64,000 bases of DNA from an uncultured Planctomycetales bacterium (GTDB lineage Bacteria; Omnitrophota; Gorgyraeia; Zapsychrales; JANLHA01), in the NCBI GenBank assembly GCA_964489065.1, contig CAZAXH010000001.1:310358-374357 (forward strand). Direction: 5' to 3'. Positions 20,061 through 28,812 of this stretch are shown here, piece after piece (position 1 is the first letter of the stretch; every line of letters begins with the position of its first letter). The notes beneath the pieces are model-generated. The model was not told the DNA's origin, did not search any database, and worked only from the letters and a program-made list of their open reading frames with translations. The translations under genes were made by a program, and so were the position numbers.

Positions 20061-20179
20061 TCGAAGACCGGCATAATAAAAAAGAACTCAAAGAACGGCA
20101 TTCCCGTAGAATGCGACGTGTTTGTGTTTCCCCAAAAACACGTTTTCTCCACCAGCGGCCGGAGAAAGATCCCGTTCTG

Positions 20180-20689
20180 TTATGATCGGGAAGGCAACAA
20201 AATTGCGGCCAAGCGGGTATTCCTAACCGAAAACGCCACCGCTTCATACAAACCGCAAAACAAAACTGTGTACACGACCGTGCTTAAAAGACTATTGCGG
20301 AAAAACGGGATCGCAGCCACGTAGCAGGAAATAAATCCTTCGGCTGTCTTGGGGTACATCACCAGCCAAGCCCCGAAATTCGTTATAAGAAAATATAAAA
20401 CAGCGGCTAAAACCCCGGCTCCCAGCAGGTTTGAAACATGCCTGCGCCCCCGCATTTGATATCCCAGCCAGGCTATAAGGATAACGCTGCCCCAGGTAAA
20501 AAAGACAATTTCGTGCAGGCCAAGAATTAAATCCGAAATAACCATAAGGATGAGCGGGGTCATCCAGCCACTCTTCTTGCCCAGATAAAGCCCTCCAAAT
20601 AAAGCCAGCGCGATCACCGGAGTAAAGTTGGGCCAGTGGATAAAAATTCTGCTCATAACGCCAAAAAGCAATATTGCGAAAGCCAACAT
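20180..20689 (-). CDS. small polytopic membrane protein (5-6 TM; possible vitamin-transporter S-component-like)
   Basis: 169-aa hydrophobic protein directly upstream of the B12 riboswitch/btuB unit. There is no confident family match, so any functional assignment is only inference from context. Confidence 0.45.
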   Translation of the reverse strand: MLAFAILLFGVMSRIFIHWPNFTPVIALALFGGLYLGKKSGWMTPLILMVISDLILGLHEIVFFTWGSVILIAWLGYQMRGRRHVSNLLGAGVLAAVLYFLITNFGAWLVMYPKTAEGFISCYVAAIPFFRNSLLSTVVYTVLFCGLYEAVAFSVRNTRLAAILLPSRS

Positions 20690-20849
20690 ATCAGTCCTCC
20701 TGAAATAAATTATTATAACAAACTTACGGGTTATTCTATCTCATTGTCCTTCCCCCGACAAGGAAAAAAAACAAAAACTAACCTCCGCGCGTTAATAGAT
20801 TTATTATCCTGATAAAAGATCTCAAAAAACCCGGGGGCCGGCGGTAAAA

Positions 20850-21524
20850 TCATAACGGGTGGGAGAAAATAACATCCGCATTAGGATCCATGAACACGTT
20901 CACCCGTTCCCGGCGCTCAATAAAGACAGAGCGCACGATATCCAAAAAATCCGATTCTGTTTCACGCTGCTTCTTCCCGGAGGTAATTAAAGTAAAGATA
21001 TAAACAAAATCCCCTTTTTGGGTTATATAAATCACGTACAATTCATCATAATCCAGGACAAAAGAAAAAATCCCCCATTCTTTACCGCTGAATATTTTTG
21101 TGTAAGGATAATCCCTGATGCGGAAGGTCCGGCCCTCCTTCTTTTCATACATATTTCTCACTCGGGGAAGGAGACCGTAATAAGCATAATCAAAAGGCTG
21201 GGCCCCGTAAGGGTTGCCGACATCCACATGCAGCTTGATCTCCGCCCGGCCAAGATTTCTACTCTGCCGTTTCTTTAATGTTAAAACCGCCTTGTCCGCC
21301 GAAACAGACTTTCTCCAGGAAGGGGGGATAAGAACCTGATACCCGAACCGTTCATTATAATAAATCTCCGGCTTCGTGTTGGAACAAAAGAAAGGGAACA
21401 GAATCAGCATACACAGGAAAACCAAAAAAACAACATTCTTGTTTTCCAAGACTTTCTTAACAAGGGGGCGGAACTGGGGATATTGATCTAAAAACCGTTC
21501 AACGGTTTGCATCATAGGAATCAC
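20850..21524 (-). CDS. hypothetical membrane-anchored protein
   Basis: 224-aa ORF with an N-terminal TM segment. The ORF-track start is GTG at 21524, and ATG codons lie at 21515 and 21512. Confidence 0.45.
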   Translation of the reverse strand: MIPMMQTVERFLDQYPQFRPLVKKVLENKNVVFLVFLCMLILFPFFCSNTKPEIYYNERFGYQVLIPPSWRKSVSADKAVLTLKKRQSRNLGRAEIKLHVDVGNPYGAQPFDYAYYGLLPRVRNMYEKKEGRTFRIRDYPYTKIFSGKEWGIFSFVLDYDELYVIYITQKGDFVYIFTLITSGKKQRETESDFLDIVRSVFIERRERVNVFMDPNADVIFSHPL

Positions 21525-21727
21525 TCATGCTTTTTGTGTCCAGGGATAGAAATCCTGAAGCAAATCCGTTACATCATATCTCAATGTGTGTTGAAACACA
21601 ATAAAAAACTTAAGGAGGCGTTCAGGAAAACGTCCTATTGCCAGAGGCTGGCTGAAAGGATAAAACGAACAGACGCCGGAGAGCAGAAGAAACAAAAAAC
21701 ATTAAATCAAAGGTATAAGCAAGCTTT

Positions 21728-21892
21728 GGACTCAATGAACCGCGGCAATCTGCGGGGGGGGGGGGGGGGGGTGAAAAAACATACCTTTGGAGCGTTCGAA
21801 TGGCAAACACGCCCCTATTCAAATACTATTTTTATTTTAAACTCCCCTCCTTGGGTCGTCGTGTAAACTAAGTATTCATTGAATCAAAACAG
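21728..21892. repeat. Copy B of the ~170-nt direct-repeat family (A/B); contains a G18 homopolymer
   Basis: ggactcaatgaaccgcggcaatctgcg and ctcccctccttgggtcgtcgtgtaaactaagtattcattgaatcaaaacag match copy A at about 85% in the conserved blocks. G18 lies at 21754-21771. Confidence 0.6.
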
Positions 21893-21946
21893 ACCGGTTA
21901 TTGAATCACGGGAATATCTTGCAACGGAAAAAGGGTGACGAATTCA

Positions 21947-22822
21947 TTACATCAGGACGCCGTAACATTGACCTGCCGGGCATCCGTCACGCAAACATGT
22001 GCTAGATCCCGCGCACCCGTCACGGAAGAAGTACCCTGGGTCGCACACACAGGTGTTCCCCACCGGATGCGAATGAGGTGGGCATTCACATCCCCAACCG
22101 GTGCCGGAAGGGACATATCCTGGATAACATTCGGCTTGGCACTCCGGTGGGTCAGTGCATCCGCCGTTGGGGACAAAAGTCACTATTGTGTTGCCTATCA
22201 GATCGGTTTGATCATTGGGACAATACGCCGCAAAGTTCAGCATCAGGGGCGTGACAATGTTCCCGGCGGTATCGATGCAATAAAAAATACAGCTGGGATG
22301 AGGCGGGTCAGGACAGCCTACCTGGCCCGCACAGACATGCTGGCACACCAAATTCACCGTGGCCGGGCCGGACGCGTCTCCCCCGCATTCATTCCGATAC
22401 TGCATTTCTCCATTCGGACAGCCAGCCAGGATCCCGCAAACTCCGGTTTCCGCCCAGTCAGTACAGCAATAATCCCGGTACTGACAGTCCTCAACACCCG
22501 CGGGATATCCTGGAAGAAACATCTCACATCCCGCGGGGAAACAGTCTCTTTTCATATACATCTGCCGGGGGTCGCACGGCCCGCCACCGCATATTATATC
22601 AATAAGATTTGTACAAAAACATTCAGGGACTTCGACATTCGGGTCCCCCTGGACCATCTCTTCCTTAAATGAATCATCCAGATCATCTTCAATATTTTTA
22701 AACAAAGCGTTAATGGACCGAGTCACGTAAGGCCCCATGACAAGAATGCCAATCATAACCAGGGTAGCAACAGTAACATACTCGATCATGGATTGGGCTT
22801 TTTTACTGTTCAGGCAGGCCAT
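21947..22822 (-). CDS. cysteine-rich secreted protein with Flp/TadE-like (class III signal peptide-like) N-terminus
   Basis: 291 aa. The N-terminus MACLNSKKA-QSMIEYVTVATLVMIGILVMG fits the G/A|xxxxEY prepilin pattern, with E+5 and Y+6. It is followed by a ~240-aa domain with about 40 Cys in CxC / GCxCPPH / CVCDPGY-type motifs. An AAGGA SD lies 9 nt upstream of the ATG. Confidence 0.65.
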   Translation of the reverse strand: MACLNSKKAQSMIEYVTVATLVMIGILVMGPYVTRSINALFKNIEDDLDDSFKEEMVQGDPNVEVPECFCTNLIDIICGGGPCDPRQMYMKRDCFPAGCEMFLPGYPAGVEDCQYRDYCCTDWAETGVCGILAGCPNGEMQYRNECGGDASGPATVNLVCQHVCAGQVGCPDPPHPSCIFYCIDTAGNIVTPLMLNFAAYCPNDQTDLIGNTIVTFVPNGGCTDPPECQAECYPGYVPSGTGWGCECPPHSHPVGNTCVCDPGYFFRDGCAGSSTCLRDGCPAGQCYGVLM

Positions 22823-23016
22823 AAAGAATGATCCTTATAAAAACGTATAAGAATTATAGTTGTAATAATTATAGCACACTTCCATCTTTAAACAAAACAA
22901 TGATTTATATTTTCAGGAAACATATTTTAACTCAATATTCTACAGGACATTAGCACGCCCAGGCCCACGGGAAACATAAAAAAGCACGCCATTTTAGCGG
23001 TGAGCACAATTTCTTC

Positions 23017-24066
23017 TTAATGCGGCTCTGCCAACGCTCTTATGGAATTGCTATAAAAAGCCTTCTCTTCCTCAAGGCCGAGTCTGCCACAAACATCCAC
23101 AAGGGCCTCAAACCGCCGGACAGGATCCTGGTTCAGCCCCCACATTAATTTTCTCAGGCACACCGGGCAAAGGCACACCGGCCTTGCATCCGATTCCATC
23201 CGGTGGTTACTCCCGTTCATGTTGCACTCAAAAAAAACACAATGGTGCATTGAAAACATGTGCCCTATTTCATGAACCCCGGTCTTAATCGTCCTTAATA
23301 AACATAATTTTCTGGCTTCACGGCTCTCCTGAGGATCGCCGTTACGATAAATCGACCATACTCCAACCCTGTCGGGAAGCGAGGCCTGGCCAAAGACAAA
23401 ATTCCAGCCCTCTCCCGGCCACAAATCTTGTGAGGCAAACCCGATCAGACAAAAAGCATCCTCAGGTTTTAATGGTTTCAGAAGAGACTCGATGACATAC
23501 GTGGTCAAAATTTGCGGGTCCCCGGTCTGGGGATGAATCCGCCGGGCCTCCGCCGGCACAGCGTCATTCCCGATGGCGGGCAGGAACTTTACCGGCAGTG
23601 TGTAATAGGCCCCGATAAACTCCGCTGTCTCCTCGAGGATACGCTTCCGTTCTGCATCAAAATCGCCGATAAGGACAATATAAATGACATGGTGAAGGGC
23701 ATCCGGGAGCACCGGGCTAGAAGCGGTATAATCACTAAAATCCTGCCCCGGCTCCGAATGAACCGCCAGCCAATCATAAGGCCCGGGCGCAACCTTAAGC
23801 CGGTGCAACGGGAACAGCCTTAAGAAAACGTCGGTCGAATCAAAATTCCGCCCGGCATCATCGTTGACAGGGGGCGAAGGAAACGCAGCAGAAGGGGAAA
23901 ACAAAGACTCGGCCGGAGATAACGGTTCGGCTAAAACCGTTTCGCCTCGAGGGGACAAACAGAAACCAGAAGCGAAAAAAAGCATATATCCCAGAACCAG
24001 GACGAATACCCGCCCTCTTTCCTTTCGAAATGCTTCATTTCTTCTGTTAACCCGGGTAGCGCCCAA
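23017..24066 (-). CDS. archaemetzincin-like zinc metallopeptidase (peptidase M54) with signal/lipoprotein-like N-terminus
   Basis: HEIGHMFSMHHCVFFECNMNGSNHRMESDARPVCLCPVCLRKL has the archaemetzincin HExxHxxGx3Cx4CxMx17CxxC signature. The ORF-track start is TTG, and an ATG at 23985 gives MLFFASGFC.... Confidence 0.75.
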   Translation of the reverse strand: MGATRVNRRNEAFRKERGRVFVLVLGYMLFFASGFCLSPRGETVLAEPLSPAESLFSPSAAFPSPPVNDDAGRNFDSTDVFLRLFPLHRLKVAPGPYDWLAVHSEPGQDFSDYTASSPVLPDALHHVIYIVLIGDFDAERKRILEETAEFIGAYYTLPVKFLPAIGNDAVPAEARRIHPQTGDPQILTTYVIESLLKPLKPEDAFCLIGFASQDLWPGEGWNFVFGQASLPDRVGVWSIYRNGDPQESREARKLCLLRTIKTGVHEIGHMFSMHHCVFFECNMNGSNHRMESDARPVCLCPVCLRKLMWGLNQDPVRRFEALVDVCGRLGLEEEKAFYSNSIRALAEPH

Positions 24067-24129
24067 AGCAAAATTCCATCCCTTCTCCTATTATACAATT
24101 TCAATACCCCTAGACAAAGAACCCCGACT

Positions 24130-25446
24130 TTATTTTAACAGCAAATTCAGGGTTTCAGCCAAATCTTTATCAACCGTCAGCAAAAATTGATATTCTCTTC
24201 TAGCAGAATCAAAATCTTCTATCTTGACATAAGAAAAACCTAGCTGATAATGGGCCTGCGTGTGGTCAGCATCCACGGCCAGGATATCCTTAAAAGAACG
24301 AATGGCTTCCTTATATTTTGAAAGCTTAAGAGCAACCAGGCCCAAGGAAAAAAGAGCCTGGACATTCTGGGGTTCCAAACGCACTGCTTTCGTGAAAGAA
24401 GCCTCCGCCTCCTCATATTTCTCCAAATGCTCCATCTGGATATCCCCCAACCGCCGATAAAGATCCGCCGCCTTATACCCGTGTTTGACAGCGTCCTGAA
24501 AAGAGTGTTCCGCATCCGCCATCCTCCCGGCTTTTTGATAAGCGACGCCCAGATCATAATAAACTTCGCTTTCAGATCCCCGGATATGGCAAGCCTTCCG
24601 GAACGCCTCAGCCGCTTCCAGCGCGCAGCCCTGGCTTAAAAGCGCACGCCCCATAAAAACATATGCCTGCGGGTGAATGGGATCCAGCGCAATGGTCTGA
24701 CGGAACAGCTTAACCGCCTCCGGCCAATTTTTCATCATCAAATACGTCCGGCCAGCCTCGAAAACAAATTCCACTCTGCGGGGCTCTTCCGCGATGGCCC
24801 GTTTTAAAAAATGCAGGGCATCCGGATAGCGCCCCAAATGACGATACGCCAAGGCTAAATTATAATACCCCTTGGCGTTCGCCAAGGGCGCATGCTGTCC
24901 CAGGAATTTCTTCATCACAAAAACAATTTTTTTAAATACAAGATCAGAAACGAACTGACTCCGGACTTCCAACATCGTTAAGAACCCGACATAAGATCCG
25001 ACCGCAACCAGGTTGAAATAAAGACGAAAGCAATACTGCAGCATGACCACATACCAATGGCTGAGTTTCATAACCACAATCATAGATAAAATGATGCAAT
25101 GAATAATCCCCAGCACGATAAAAGACATCCGCGCCCACTGCCGGCGCTCAAAAATCCCCCAGGCGCAGACCATAACAAAGATAATCCAGCCCACATGCGC
25201 GGTCCAGTGGTCGACGAGGTATGCTTGATAAAAATCAAACGGAAACACGGCCAGGGTGGAAACAAAAGGAATCAGCCAGGGGAAAAACTGTTTATGGATA
25301 AAATATGGCAAAACATACTGCAGGGCCAGGACAATCAGGTTGGACGTAAAAAGCAAAAACGCCACCATTCTGATACCGGCAATAGAACGGCTGGCACGCA
25401 TGCCCTCGAGAATCCCAAGACTGTATTGTTTTGATAATAACGGCAC
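24130..25446 (-). CDS. TPR-repeat protein with N-terminal multi-TM domain
   Basis: The N-terminal ~170 aa is hydrophobic (4-5 helices), followed by at least 6 TPR repeats. The ORF-track start is GTG, and the first ATG is at 25401. Confidence 0.6.
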   Translation of the reverse strand: MPLLSKQYSLGILEGMRASRSIAGIRMVAFLLFTSNLIVLALQYVLPYFIHKQFFPWLIPFVSTLAVFPFDFYQAYLVDHWTAHVGWIIFVMVCAWGIFERRQWARMSFIVLGIIHCIILSMIVVMKLSHWYVVMLQYCFRLYFNLVAVGSYVGFLTMLEVRSQFVSDLVFKKIVFVMKKFLGQHAPLANAKGYYNLALAYRHLGRYPDALHFLKRAIAEEPRRVEFVFEAGRTYLMMKNWPEAVKLFRQTIALDPIHPQAYVFMGRALLSQGCALEAAEAFRKACHIRGSESEVYYDLGVAYQKAGRMADAEHSFQDAVKHGYKAADLYRRLGDIQMEHLEKYEEAEASFTKAVRLEPQNVQALFSLGLVALKLSKYKEAIRSFKDILAVDADHTQAHYQLGFSYVKIEDFDSARREYQFLLTVDKDLAETLNLLLK

Positions 25447-25654
25447 GGTTGTTCTTGTTTTGTACTTGCGTTAGGGGGAACAATATTATGAACGGCTGAA
25501 GAACCCTCTGCACCCCAACCGTTTCCGCAACGCCTGCCTCATTATACTCTCAACACCTTCTAAACGCAGTGCTGAAATTTTGTTTTTTCTGCTTCCCTTC
25601 AGAATAAGCACAACATCTAAGACAGAGATTCCTCTTCCCGTTTTCCTGGAAGGG

Positions 25655-26161
25655 CTAGAAATCAGGATTTCCTTCCTCCCGCTGCTCTGAATTTTTCCTT
25701 TTCTTTTCTAGCACCTCTTCTATCACCTGTATCAGCAATTCCGTCGCAAAAGGCTTGGCGATATAGTCATCCACCCCGTACGCTTCACTCAAAGCTTCAG
25801 CGCTGCGCCCTTCCGGCAAAGAGCCTCTTTCGGCGACAACACGCCGGTTCGGTTCCCATTTAAAAGTATCCTGCTTTTTATGGTAAACCATCTCGCCGCG
25901 GCCAGAAACCATAATAATGGGGATATGTTTGGTTTGCGGATTCTGTTTTAAGGCCAGAGCGATATCGCTTCCCTTGCGCTGGGGCATCACAACATCCAAC
26001 AAAATGACTTCCGGTTTTTCGGCTTCAACCAAGGCTTCAACGTTCAACGGATCATTCGAAGCCACAACTTCAAATTTCCCGCTAAACTCCAAGTTCGACT
26101 TCATAATCATCGTTAAATCCTTTTCGTCGTCAACCATTAACAATTTTATCTTATCCGCCAT
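25655..26161 (-). CDS. response regulator, CheY-like receiver domain protein
   Basis: MADKIKLLMVDDE...DVVMPQRKGSD...IIMVSG has the receiver-domain Asp pocket and phospho-acceptor Asp. The start was set at the ATG at 26161; the upstream ORF-track extension has AT-rich atypical codons. A G9 tract directly abuts the ATG. Confidence 0.75.
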   Translation of the reverse strand: MADKIKLLMVDDEKDLTMIMKSNLEFSGKFEVVASNDPLNVEALVEAEKPEVILLDVVMPQRKGSDIALALKQNPQTKHIPIIMVSGRGEMVYHKKQDTFKWEPNRRVVAERGSLPEGRSAEALSEAYGVDDYIAKPFATELLIQVIEEVLEKKRKNSEQREEGNPDF

Positions 26162-26366
26162 CCCCCCCCCTTTTTTTCTAAAATTGAATATATTAGCATT
26201 TATAATAATATGAAAAGTTATAAAAATAAAGAGTTGCATTTATTAATTACATGAATACATGGCGTTATTAACACCCGGCAGCGCAATTTGTTATAGTTAA
26301 TCCCAAAATTTTATTGCGTCCTAAAACAATTTTTGTTAATGTATTCCTCACCGTGGGGGCAAAGAC

Positions 26367-26993
26367 ATGGTTTTATCCGAGAACTCCCTATCTGATCCTT
26401 CCCGCTGGGTCGATCTGTACGGGAATTATCTTTACCGTTATGCTTTGAGCCGCCTCAGAGATGAGGATGACGCCCAAAACCTTGTACAAGAAACTTTCTT
26501 AGCCGCGCTTAAAGCCCAAGATTCTTTCGCCGGGAAATCCTCAGAACGAACATGGCTCGTAGGTATCCTGAAGCACAAAATCATCGATCACATCCGCCGG
26601 GCCTACCGGGAGAAACCGGCTTCCGCCCTTCAGGAAAACGAGGAAATGGTCAACAGCTTTTTCGATATCGCTGGCCACCCCAAGCAGTCCCCTTCCGCCT
26701 GGATTCCCAACCCGGCAGAAATACTGGAAAACAAAGAATTCTGGATTGTCCTGCGGGCCTGTCTGCAGAAATTACCGCGGATTAATCAGGACGCTTTCTT
26801 ATTGCGCGAAATAGAAGAAATGCCTTCAGCCCTTATTTGTAAAATCCTAAAAATATCCCCCAATAATTTATGGGTGATCATGCACCGCAGCCGGACGCAA
26901 ATCCGCGCCTGCCTGGAATCCAACTGGTTTGAAAGAACCCCGCATACCCTACGTAAGGGAAAGGCCGGGACAACGACTAACCCAAAGAGCTAA
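26367..26993 (+). CDS. ECF-type RNA polymerase sigma-70 factor
   Basis: Sigma-70 region 2 (YGNYLYRYALSRLRDEDDAQNLVQETFLAA) and region 4 HTH are present. It is divergent from the response regulator across an AT-rich promoter region. Confidence 0.8.
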   Translation: MVLSENSLSDPSRWVDLYGNYLYRYALSRLRDEDDAQNLVQETFLAALKAQDSFAGKSSERTWLVGILKHKIIDHIRRAYREKPASALQENEEMVNSFFDIAGHPKQSPSAWIPNPAEILENKEFWIVLRACLQKLPRINQDAFLLREIEEMPSALICKILKISPNNLWVIMHRSRTQIRACLESNWFERTPHTLRKGKAGTTTNPKS

Positions 26994-27003
26994 GAGGACA
27001 AAA

Positions 27004-27258
27004 ATGCTGTCATGTAAAGAAACATCAAGGTTCATTTCCGAAGGGCTGGACCATTTTCTCCCGCCGTGGAAAAGGTTTCTTGTCCACACGCACTTAAAAA
27101 TGTGCCGCACCTGCGGTTATTACCGCCAACAAATCGTGGCGCTTAAAAAAATTTTCCCGCATTATCCCGGCCCAGGGGATTCCGATCTGTCTTCTTTCCC
27201 CTCCCTCCCAGAAGATTTCCGCAGGAAACTTAAACGACTCCTGGAGCAACAATCTTAA
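27004..27258 (+). CDS. putative zinc-finger anti-sigma factor (ZAS-like)
   Basis: Lies immediately downstream of the ECF sigma gene. MLSCKETSRFISEGLDHFLPPWKRFLVHTHLKMCRTCGYY contains the Hx3Cx2C ZAS motif. The start was set at the internal ATG at 27004. Confidence 0.55.
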   Translation: MLSCKETSRFISEGLDHFLPPWKRFLVHTHLKMCRTCGYYRQQIVALKKIFPHYPGPGDSDLSSFPSLPEDFRRKLKRLLEQQS

Positions 27259-27264
27259 AAAACC

Positions 27265-28005
27265 TTATCCCGCCTCGGCCTGGGCGTCTTTCAGACTGTC
27301 ACGTTTCAATTGCTCCGCCGGTATCCCGAACCAGATTTGCCTGCGCCCGACTTGGGTATCCTTCAAAAGAACCGCGCTGGCGCCGATAATAGCCCCGTCT
27401 CCGATTTCACAACCCGGCATAATCGTGGCGTGGGATCCGATCGTCACGTTTCTACCGATCTTCACTTTCTTCAGCTTTAACAGGCCCCTCTCCACGATAT
27501 GCCCGATGATGATGGCGCCACCGCCCACCACGGTGTTATCCCCGATCTCAAGAAGCGTGGCATCAAACACAAATTTGGAGTTAAACTGCACATTCCGTCC
27601 GAGTTTAGCACCCAGCAGCCGGAACAACAGGTTCGCGAAGGGGGTCAACAGGATAAAATCAATAAATGTAAAATTGATCATGAGATACAGGGAACTGATA
27701 AAAGCCCACTGCAGCGCCTGCCCGGAGAATAACGGATAATTGCCTTCTTGAAGACGCAGCCGGAACACAGTGCGGAAAGCACCGACCAACAGGATCAGCG
27801 TGAGGCCAAAAATAAAATACCCCGAAGCAAGGCTGCATCCCAGAAAAAACATGCGCACAAAAGGCGTTGTCCTTGCCGTTGCCTCCCAGACCCTAAAAAC
27901 CAGCGTCAGTCCCGGAACCAAAGCCAGGCCGAAAAATAAAGCGCCCATACCATACATCAGAATCGTAAAAATCACCTGCCCCCCCACTATCATCCAGGAC
28001 TTCAT
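27265..28005 (-). CDS. membrane-anchored left-handed beta-helix (hexapeptide-repeat) acyltransferase
   Basis: The N-terminal ~150 aa has multiple TM helices. The C-terminus carries hexapeptide repeats (GDNTVVGGGAIIIGH...IGRNVTIGSHATIMPGCEIGDGAIIGASAVL). Confidence 0.6.
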   Translation of the reverse strand: MKSWMIVGGQVIFTILMYGMGALFFGLALVPGLTLVFRVWEATARTTPFVRMFFLGCSLASGYFIFGLTLILLVGAFRTVFRLRLQEGNYPLFSGQALQWAFISSLYLMINFTFIDFILLTPFANLLFRLLGAKLGRNVQFNSKFVFDATLLEIGDNTVVGGGAIIIGHIVERGLLKLKKVKIGRNVTIGSHATIMPGCEIGDGAIIGASAVLLKDTQVGRRQIWFGIPAEQLKRDSLKDAQAEAG

Positions 28006-28068
28006 ACAAACTCCTCTCTTTAACGATTCCCCGAATTCACAAACAGCTCCCGCCGCAGAAGGGCTCGC

Positions 28069-28812
28069 TCACAGCGTCTTCTGCCACCAGGCCCGCATCG
28101 CCGCCACGGTTTCCTTTTTATTCTCTTTGATCAGATATTCCGCATGCGGGCCGTTCTTGACCAGCAGCATTTTCTTAGAAGCGTTTGTTTTATCAAACAA
28201 AACCTGCGCGTGCCAGGGTTTAATAAGCCAGTCAGCGTCCCCGTGTATATAAAAGACCGGAATAACAATCTTGGAGACGACCTGCACCGGCTTTTCTTTC
28301 TTAAGCCAGAACGGCCCCGGGCGTACCCCTTTCCCGATCCGCCCGTCGCCGATGAGATTGTAAACAATATCCGTTTCCACGTTTAACTCCCAAAAACGGT
28401 AGTCTATTTTTTCAAATTCCGTCGGCGCGCTAACCGAAATCAGGCTATGAATGAGTTCCGTCCTGGAGGCGACAATCAGACTAATGGCGCCGCCCAAGGA
28501 AAAACCGATCACCCCCAGCCGGTCATAGTCCCGCGCTGCCTGCCGGAGAACCGCTTCCAAGTCCATAGGCTCTTTGGTCGTCCAGTAAAAGAGGCCCCCG
28601 CTCTTCCCGTGTCCGCGGAAATCCATGATGATCACATCATACTGGTCGTGATGAGCCCGGCCCAGGCTTTTAAGCAAAACCGCTTCCTTGCTGTTAAAAA
28701 AACCGTGCGCAATGATCACCGCCTTTTTATGCCCGAAGCGGTAATGGTCATAATGGACATCCTGTCCGTCGGCAGCGCGCACAACGCAATGCAAAGGCTG
28801 GGGGAGTGTCAT
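28069..28812 (-). CDS. alpha/beta hydrolase
   Basis: GHGKSGG and the nucleophile elbow GFSLGG are present. The start was set at the ATG at 28812, overlapping the upstream stop by ATGA (translational coupling). Confidence 0.75.
   Translation of the reverse strand: MTLPQPLHCVVRAADGQDVHYDHYRFGHKKAVIIAHGFFNSKEAVLLKSLGRAHHDQYDVIIMDFRGHGKSGGLFYWTTKEPMDLEAVLRQAARDYDRLGVIGFSLGGAISLIVASRTELIHSLISVSAPTEFEKIDYRFWELNVETDIVYNLIGDGRIGKGVRPGPFWLKKEKPVQVVSKIVIPVFYIHGDADWLIKPWHAQVLFDKTNASKKMLLVKNGPHAEYLIKENKKETVAAMRAWWQKTL

Noticed and set aside
21507-21866. 119-aa plus-strand ORF spanning repeat copy B and the G18 tract
   Set aside because: It runs through a conserved non-coding repeat and a homopolymer. 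Its protein, 'GGGGGVKK', is an artefact of the G tract.
25655-26239. Longer N-terminal extension of the response regulator (MQLFIFITFHIIINANIFNFRKKGGG...)
   Set aside because: Its codons are extremely AT-rich and atypical for this genome, and they overlap the AT-rich divergent promoter region. The receiver domain begins at the internal ATG.
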